This document shows positions 46,273-50,505 of a DNA stretch of 50,505 nt, piece after piece. The DNA is taken from contig JBAYIQ010000006.1 in assembly GCA_041665545.1 (NCBI GenBank), positions 1-50,505 on the forward strand, in the 5' to 3' direction. This DNA comes from Patescibacteria group bacterium (GTDB lineage Bacteria; Patescibacteriota; Patescibacteriia; UBA1558; GWA2-36-10). Below the pieces are notes generated by a model. The model was not told where the DNA came from. It ran no database searches and saw nothing but the letters and a program-made list of their open reading frames with translations. Position numbers and translations under genes: made by a program. Position 1 is the first letter of the stretch; every line of letters starts with the position of its first letter.

Positions 46273-46431
46273 ATGAGCGTTGACAATCATGACGCCGAGT
46301 CCACTCCGACTTGGCAAATTCGAGACATCAGAGAGATTGTGTGTCCAGTGGATTCGCCCCATTATCTCCAATGTGACTGTGATTCCTGTCGGGCCATGTT
46401 GGAGATCGAGCTCCAGAAGCACCGCCGTTAA
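46273..46431 (+). CDS. island W micro-ORF 1 (52 aa, CPx9CxCxxC)
   Basis: GGAGGTG lies 4 nt before the ATG. MSVDNHDAESTPTWQIRDIREIVCPVDSPHYLQCDCDSCRAMLEIELQKHRR. Below the ORF-track cut-off. Confidence 0.35.
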   Translation: MSVDNHDAESTPTWQIRDIREIVCPVDSPHYLQCDCDSCRAMLEIELQKHRR

Positions 46432-46463
46432 CAATGAGGCATTCCCAGTCAAGGAGGCGATTC

Positions 46464-46595
46464 ATGAAGATCGGGTATTCTCACAGAAGAACCGCTGGTG
46501 TGTTCAGTCGGCACCGGCAGCGTCAACGCCGGCGTGCTCAGGCCGAGTACCGACGCATTCGTCAGCGCGGTCGCGTACGGCGAGGTCGTCGGTAA
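46464..46595 (+). CDS. island W micro-ORF 2 (43 aa, 17 Arg)
   Basis: AAGGAGG lies 6 nt before the ATG. MKIGYSHRRTAGVFSRHRQRQRRRAQAEYRRIRQRGRVRRGRR. Confidence 0.35.
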   Translation: MKIGYSHRRTAGVFSRHRQRQRRRAQAEYRRIRQRGRVRRGRR

Positions 46596-46635
46596 TTGGA
46601 TTCGCTCGTCGACATTTGATCTTTCCGCGTTTCTT

Positions 46636-46675
46636 AGGCCGTTCCCTGTTTCTGGGGGACGGCCTGATTTTTTAT
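46636..46675 (+). terminator. intrinsic terminator AGGCCGT-N16-ACGGCCT plus T-run
   Basis: Stem arms at 46636-46642 and 46659-46665, followed by GATTTTTTAT. Confidence 0.7.
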
Positions 46676-46708
46676 AAAAAAGAGGCGAACAGTTGGACTG
46701 CTCGCCTC
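46671..46708 (-). terminator. intrinsic terminator GAGGCGA-N13-TCGCCTC plus minus-strand T-run
   Basis: Stem arms at 46682-46688 and 46702-46708. Lies downstream of the 292-aa ORF stop. Confidence 0.65.
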
Positions 46709-46723
46709 GAGAATCTATGGGTG

Positions 46724-47602
46724 TCAGAAGTCTTCTTCTTCTCTGATGCCGATTTCGATCAGAGAATCTCTGCCTAGCTGATGGAGTGCCGGGTAAAGGG
46801 CTCGGTTCTGCTTCTCAGTGTCTAGCGGCTGGCCAAAGATATTGAGCCAGGCTCGCCGCAAGAATGAGTCTGTGAACCGGCCGTATTTGCTATTGCCAAG
46901 GGTACGGCGATAGAAGCTGACACGGTCGGCGAGGATCAAGATCACCTGCTGAAGCGCCTCACTGCGCACTTGATGTGTTTGACGCTCATCCTCGTGCTGA
47001 TTGCGCTCTTGCTGATAGCGAACCCTGTTAGCATGTTCAGCCAGCAAGAGACCAGTCAGACGATTGTACACTTCGCCTTGCGGTCGATCCAGTAGCTCGA
47101 AGAGCTGGGGCAGTTCAGCGAACTTGAAACGCAGGCGATTGTTGGAATCATCGGATGCTTGCAAACCAGAAGCACTGAGGTCATGATCTAACACCTGGAA
47201 ATAGCTCCAGTCAAAGTATCCGACAAGCTCATGACCTCTGATGAAAATGCGACTGCCCCAATGACCGCCAATAGACACCTCGCAATAGGTGTCTACCAGT
47301 GGTTCGTTGTTGATGCCACGTGGCAAAAGTCGGTGAGCATGAGGTTCACCCTTGTCCATGAACCAATATTCGCGATGCCGCAAAAATATTGGTTCACCAA
47401 TAGCGATGAGTAGCCATAGACCGAGTAAGATAAGGACAATTTTGTAGTAAATGTTTGGGGTTGAAGAAATTAACGCACTGATAATCGTGAAGAGGACGAT
47501 AAACGTCGGGATCGCGATCTTGTGACCAACGCGATGAGCTCCACTACGAGCTTTTTGGCAGAGCTCACATTCGGGTTCGCACTTAACATTGGGTTGACTC
47601 AT
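46724..47602 (-). CDS. island W membrane protein (292 aa), no recognised family
   Basis: TAGGAGG lies 5 nt before the ATG. N-terminal CEPECELC, two TM helices, then a ~200-aa soluble region with a charged coiled-coil-like stretch. Confidence 0.6.
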   Translation of the reverse strand: MSQPNVKCEPECELCQKARSGAHRVGHKIAIPTFIVLFTIISALISSTPNIYYKIVLILLGLWLLIAIGEPIFLRHREYWFMDKGEPHAHRLLPRGINNEPLVDTYCEVSIGGHWGSRIFIRGHELVGYFDWSYFQVLDHDLSASGLQASDDSNNRLRFKFAELPQLFELLDRPQGEVYNRLTGLLLAEHANRVRYQQERNQHEDERQTHQVRSEALQQVILILADRVSFYRRTLGNSKYGRFTDSFLRRAWLNIFGQPLDTEKQNRALYPALHQLGRDSLIEIGIREEEDF

Positions 47603-47742
47603 CTTGACCTCCTATCGATAGGCTCATTTGTCCTACCGAGGGAAGCGCCGCTAATTGGCTATTCAGCTTGACATTATTATCAGCTGACATTCCAATCAGG
47701 GCTAGTGACACCATAGATTTTGAAAGGGCATTTAATGGGATA

Positions 47743-47771
47743 AACTTATTATCATTTATATTTTTTGTCAA
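47743..47771 (-). promoter_or_regulatory. TTGACA-17-TAAGTT promoter with a ~140-nt leader for the 292-aa ORF
   Basis: TGTCAA at 47766-47771 and AACTTA at 47743-47748 on the plus strand. The palindrome CCTATCGATAGG (47611-47622) overlaps the SD. Confidence 0.5.
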
Positions 47772-47802
47772 ATAAAAAAGAGTCACTGGTGTTTGTAATA
47801 TC

Positions 47803-47926
47803 GTCATTCTGGAGCGCAGTCGCGTCTGACGCGGCGAAGCGATAGAATCTATAAGCTAGTGTATTGTAGTAGATTCTATCGGTCGTTACCTGCCTGCCGG
47901 CAGGCAGGCGCTCCCTCCAGAATGAC
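47803..47926. repeat. GTCA...TGAC nested-palindrome element, copy R8 (124 bp, divergent)
   Basis: GTCATTCTGGAG ... CGCGtctgaCGCG ... ATAGAATCT-N20-AGATTCTAT ... CCTGCCTGCCGGCAGGCAGG ... CTCC(c)TCCAGAATGAC. Confidence 0.8.
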
Positions 47927-47944
47927 AGGGTAGTTGGCATTTGT

Positions 47945-49522
47945 TTATTTATAAGATTTTCTATGTTGCTGGCGATAATTTTTGATAGCAAACTTGTGCG
48001 CTTGATTACGCATGTATTGAACAAAAAGAGATAAAGCACTGGTACGCAGTAGGCGAATTGAAGTTTTTCTGCTAGGCAAAAATATTTCTTCTTCTTTTTT
48101 AGCCAAGGATATTGTTTTATTTTTCCAAGTTTTTGGTAATATTTTTGACACTACACTAAGTTGTGGTTTGCCACCATCCAAAATAATTAAATCGGGCTCG
48201 GGCCATTCCTTGTGTCTAAGCCGGCGACTCAAAACTTCTTGCATCATCCAAGCGTCATTGGGACCAGCCACATATTTTATTTTGAACCAGCGGTATTGGT
48301 CAGCGGCAATTTTGCCATCTTGAAAAACAACCATAGCGCCGACGGCCAGTGTGCCCTGAATATTGGAAATGTCATAAATCTCAATTCGACGCGGTAAGAC
48401 TTTTAATTTGAGTAGTGACTGCAAAGCACTAAGCTGTTGCCATTTAGTTTGGTCAATATTTCTTTCCAAATGATCTTGAGCATTTTTTTGTACTAACTCC
48501 AGTAGTTTTTTATTATGACCTTGTTTTGGTACTAGTATTTTTATTTTTTTAGACAAAATAGTTTGCGTTTTATTTATTTTCTCGGGCAAGAGCAGACTAG
48601 CTGGCTGGTCCATTTTATCGCTATAAAATTGGTTGATAAAATTTTCAATAATTTCAGCATCAGATAATTTAAGTTCATTTTGAATAATAAAATTAAATTT
48701 GTCACCCAAAATTCCCCGGCGTATTTGCATGGCGGTCAAAGCCACAGTTTGTCCGAAGCTGGTCAGATTAATAATATCTTGGTTGATGTTTTGGTTGGAA
48801 ATTACTTTTTGTTTGGCTTGTAGTTTTTGTAGGGATTGCAGTTGGTCGCGTTTTATTTTGGCTAGTTCAAAGTTTTTTTCGGCACTGAATTTTTTTAATT
48901 CTCGCAACAAACTAGCTTCCAATTCGTAGGTCTCGCCACGGATTATTTTTTTTGCTTGATTTATTAGGTCACTATATTCAGCAACAGAAATTAATTTTTC
49001 ACAAGGACCCAAACAACGATGCATATGATATTCCAAACAAACTTTGCCTTTGGGTAATCGTGATAAATCACGGCCACAGGTGCGTAAAGGCAGGATGCGA
49101 TGCAAAAGTCGGACAGTAGTGCGTGCCGCAAAAGTAGAGGTGTATGGTCCAAAATGCTGGCCCTTTCTTTTTTGCCGACCATGAATGACAACAATACGCG
49201 GAAAGATTTCATTAGTAATGACTATGTAGCCCCAATTTTTGTCATCTTTCAAAACAATATTATATTTGGGCTGGTGTTTTTTTATTTGGCTGGCTTCTAG
49301 TAGTAAGCTTTCGGTTTCATTATCTACCAGTGTGTAGCGAATGTGGGCGATTTCTTGGAGCATCAGTAATTTTTGTTCAGTCAATTCACTGCTTTTTTGC
49401 CAATAGGAAACCAAGCGGCTTTTGAGATTTTTGGCTTTGCCGATATAGATGATTTGTCCCTGTTTATTTAGGAAAAAATAGACTCCGGGACTGGTGGGTA
49501 TTTTTTTGAAATCAGGTGTCAT
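47945..49522 (-). CDS. uvrC: excinuclease ABC subunit C, apparently lacking the C-terminal (HhH)2 domain
   Basis: Trimmed to the ATG at 49522. GIY-YIG motif PGVYFFLNKQGQIIYIGKAKNLKSRL, a UVR-like helix and an RNase H-like endonuclease domain. Ends right after MRNQAHKFAIKNYRQQHRK. Confidence 0.88.
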   Translation of the reverse strand: MTPDFKKIPTSPGVYFFLNKQGQIIYIGKAKNLKSRLVSYWQKSSELTEQKLLMLQEIAHIRYTLVDNETESLLLEASQIKKHQPKYNIVLKDDKNWGYIVITNEIFPRIVVIHGRQKRKGQHFGPYTSTFAARTTVRLLHRILPLRTCGRDLSRLPKGKVCLEYHMHRCLGPCEKLISVAEYSDLINQAKKIIRGETYELEASLLRELKKFSAEKNFELAKIKRDQLQSLQKLQAKQKVISNQNINQDIINLTSFGQTVALTAMQIRRGILGDKFNFIIQNELKLSDAEIIENFINQFYSDKMDQPASLLLPEKINKTQTILSKKIKILVPKQGHNKKLLELVQKNAQDHLERNIDQTKWQQLSALQSLLKLKVLPRRIEIYDISNIQGTLAVGAMVVFQDGKIAADQYRWFKIKYVAGPNDAWMMQEVLSRRLRHKEWPEPDLIILDGGKPQLSVVSKILPKTWKNKTISLAKKEEEIFLPSRKTSIRLLRTSALSLFVQYMRNQAHKFAIKNYRQQHRKSYK

Positions 49523-49588
49523 GTCATTAATATAGCAGACATTAAATATTAAAAGCAATTTTTGATTTTTATCATTCATTACATCTTT

Positions 49589-49617
49589 TTGACAAAAGAT
49601 TTGTTATATATTAATAT
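49589..49617 (+). promoter_or_regulatory. TTGACA-17-TAATAT promoter of island X
   Basis: TTGACA at 49589-49594 and TAATAT at 49612-49617. Back to back with the uvrC start region. Confidence 0.55.
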
Positions 49618-49686
49618 GGTCAGTCGTGTTCGTAGCAAATAGCCACATTGTTTGCTTAGTTTGTTCATTAGCTAGGGGGTAAAATC

Positions 49687-49905
49687 ATGCCAATGTCAGT
49701 AAGGGACGCCGTCATCAAGCGGACAGCAGAAGCTTTGGAAATTCCCGAGAGCCGGGTGACCATGGAAACGGTCATTCCTGCGTGCTGTCTGCAATCCGTG
49801 ATGATGTATGTAGTGAGTGATACTCTCAAGGGGGCTTTTATCGATGATATCGGAGAAGGAAAGACAGTTCAGGCGGTGATCAATGGTTTTTTTGACACCC
49901 ATTGA
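49687..49905 (+). CDS. island X ORF 1 (72 aa), acyl-carrier-protein-like pattern without the phosphopantetheine Ser
   Basis: V...VIKRTAEALEIPESRVT.E......CCLQSVMMYVVSDTL...F......GKTVQAVINGF parallels ACP (..AE.LG.....V..[22 protein letters not shown]......TVQ.AID.I), but DSL is replaced by CCL. By-eye similarity only. Confidence 0.4.
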   Translation: MPMSVRDAVIKRTAEALEIPESRVTMETVIPACCLQSVMMYVVSDTLKGAFIDDIGEGKTVQAVINGFFDTH

Positions 49906-50070
49906 CATCCTTGACTTTGGTGGCCCAACAAACCCATCAAGCAGAAAATTCATCTGCGCTATTGGTGGGTTTTCTGTTTGTTTTTGATTTTTTAATTGTT
50001 TTGGGATAAGCTGATAAATAGACTTTGTTGTTTTGTTAGTCAAACTTGGAAATAGAACGGGGGTGTCTAA

Positions 50071-50307
50071 ATGGAGATCATTGATCCTAGCCAAGATGCG
50101 GAAAGACGGCAAGCAGCGCAGAGAATCACCCCGCAAGTTTGTCGTTGTGGCTGTCACATCGAAGATGAGGATGGCATCCCTCTGACCAAGCACGATGGGC
50201 CATGCTGTGAGACCTGCATTTGTGGTCTCAGCATCGTCATTGGTGGCTTGGACGAGCATCAGCGTCGCTGTTCTGTCTACCAGGCCAGCCAGAAAAAAAA
50301 GGGCTAG
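50071..50307 (+). CDS. island X ORF 2 (78 aa), Cys-rich (8 Cys: CRCGCH, CCETCIC)
   Basis: GGGGG lies 7 nt before the ATG. No family recognised. Confidence 0.4.
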   Translation: MEIIDPSQDAERRQAAQRITPQVCRCGCHIEDEDGIPLTKHDGPCCETCICGLSIVIGGLDEHQRRCSVYQASQKKKG

Positions 50308-50324
50308 CTTGTTCTTTTCGGCAC

Positions 50325-50357
50325 AACCCAGGTTCGCAGGGACCTGGGTTTTCTTTT
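50325..50357 (+). terminator. intrinsic terminator AACCCAGGT-N8-ACCTGGGTT plus T-run
   Basis: Stem arms at 50325-50333 and 50342-50350, followed by TTCTTTT. Confidence 0.75.
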
Positions 50358-50505
50358 GGTAAAAAAATACCCCCTCTTTTTCCGGTCTGGCCTAGAATCT
50401 TTGGTCTTCTTCAGTGGTAAACTGGGGGTATGTATGCAAAAATTAAACACAGTAACTTAAGTTGGTACAAGCTCAAGTTACTCATTGACGAGTGGGTTTA
50501 CCAAA

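Larger units (their letters stand above)
46200..47771. other. GC-rich island W (three SD-led ORFs in convergent arrangement)
   Basis: 40/60 G+C at 46501-46560 (hand count). Two plus-strand micro-ORFs and a convergent 292-aa membrane protein, separated by back-to-back terminators at 46636-46708. Confidence 0.6.
49620..50357 (+). other. GC-enriched island X (two SD-led small ORFs)
   Basis: Composition shift after the promoter. Two ORFs, each 7 nt after GGGGG. Strong terminator at 50325-50357. The window ends soon after. Confidence 0.5.

Noticed and set aside
45877-46452. 191-aa form of the secG ORF
   Set aside because: Only the last 72 codons match SecG. A TTGACA-17-TAATAT promoter lies inside the extension, and the extension merely runs open through GC-rich island W. 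Trimmed to 45877-46095.
46280-46777. 165-aa plus-strand ORF across island W
   Set aside because: It has a TTG start without an SD. It reads through two terminator hairpins and overlaps the convergent 292-aa gene. GC-rich DNA gives long open frames by chance. The two SD-led micro-ORFs are preferred, but this is not certain.
9586-47926. CRISPR array interpretation of the GTCA...TGAC repeats
   Set aside because: The copies are kilobases apart, internally palindromic, of variable length (55-124 bp) and each alone in a spacer. There is no regular repeat-spacer periodicity and no cas genes.
47583-48039. ORFs 47583-47807(-) and 47752-48039(-)
   Set aside because: They cover the leader and promoter of the 292-aa gene and palindromic element R8, and they overlap the uvrC 3' end. 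No coding features.
49696-50259. 187-aa minus-strand ORF across island X
   Set aside because: It spans the AT-rich spacer and hairpin between the two plus-strand ORFs, has no SD, and runs against the promoter and terminator polarity.
199-50357. Integron hypothesis (IntI-like recombinase plus gene cassettes)
   Set aside because: The recombinase lacks the IntI-specific insertion. The cassettes are dispersed between housekeeping genes rather than arrayed next to it. They carry their own promoters, and I could not find a shared attC-like imperfect inverted repeat at their 3' ends.
15141-50357. GC-rich blocks as structured non-coding RNAs or assembly chimeras
   Set aside because: Not adopted as the primary reading, but not excluded. 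Every block has an SD-plus-start at correct spacing, G/C-biased third positions where checked, and host sequence on both sides within a few hundred bp. Read mapping and covariation analysis are still needed.
1-50505. tRNA, rRNA, tmRNA or RNase P genes
   Set aside because: I scanned GC-rich short segments for acceptor and T-arm patterns (GTTCGAATC-like) and found none. The GC-rich segments are explained by the cassettes and palindromic elements. A tRNAscan or Infernal run should confirm this.

Overview
AT-rich bacterial chromosome segment. Hand-counted 60-nt lines give 10/60 to 12/60 G+C in membrane genes and spacers, and up to 29/60 in gyrA. It is densely packed with housekeeping genes: ftsH, rpsA, gyrA, ruvB, queH-queA, ychF, a UvrD/PcrA helicase, folD-glyA, rlmH, a PGM/PMM, murI, trpS, RNase J, an OppA-like SBP, secG and uvrC. 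Envelope and accessory genes are also present: a tyrosine recombinase, a sulfatase-like membrane enzyme, a Dpm1-like GT2 with two tandem GT-C-like paralogues, a dockerin-repeat protein, two SET-domain proteins, an Elp3 / Trm9-like pair, an SdpR/SdpI pair, DUF3800, and an exonuclease-WYL fusion. Gene content and style (short leaders, no Shine-Dalgarno, tiny spacers) suggest a reduced Patescibacteria/CPR-like genome, but this is only an inference. I saw no rRNA, tRNA or CRISPR array. Two layers are not explained by ordinary annotation. (1) At least nine GC-rich mini-cassettes (up to 36-40/60 G+C in counted lines) sit in intergenic DNA. Each carries 1-3 short orphan ORFs led by GGAGG-type or G-rich SD motifs that host genes lack. 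Most have a near-consensus TTGACA-16/17-TATAAT-like promoter and a GC hairpin terminator. One is flanked by a perfect 21-bp direct repeat that duplicates the trpS -35 region, one by a 10-bp inverted repeat, and one encodes an excisionase-like HTH protein and abuts the damaged 3' end of elp3. (2) Eight intergenic copies of a nested-palindrome element bounded by GTCA(T)...(A)TGAC show co-varying hairpins and element-in-element insertions. Other observations: an A7 frameshift in elp3, a 15-bp inverted repeat that would sequester the ftsH start codon, and an orphan promoter-hairpin-T-run unit (candidate sRNA). The functions of the cassettes and elements are unknown to me. All family calls come from motifs read by eye, with no searches.
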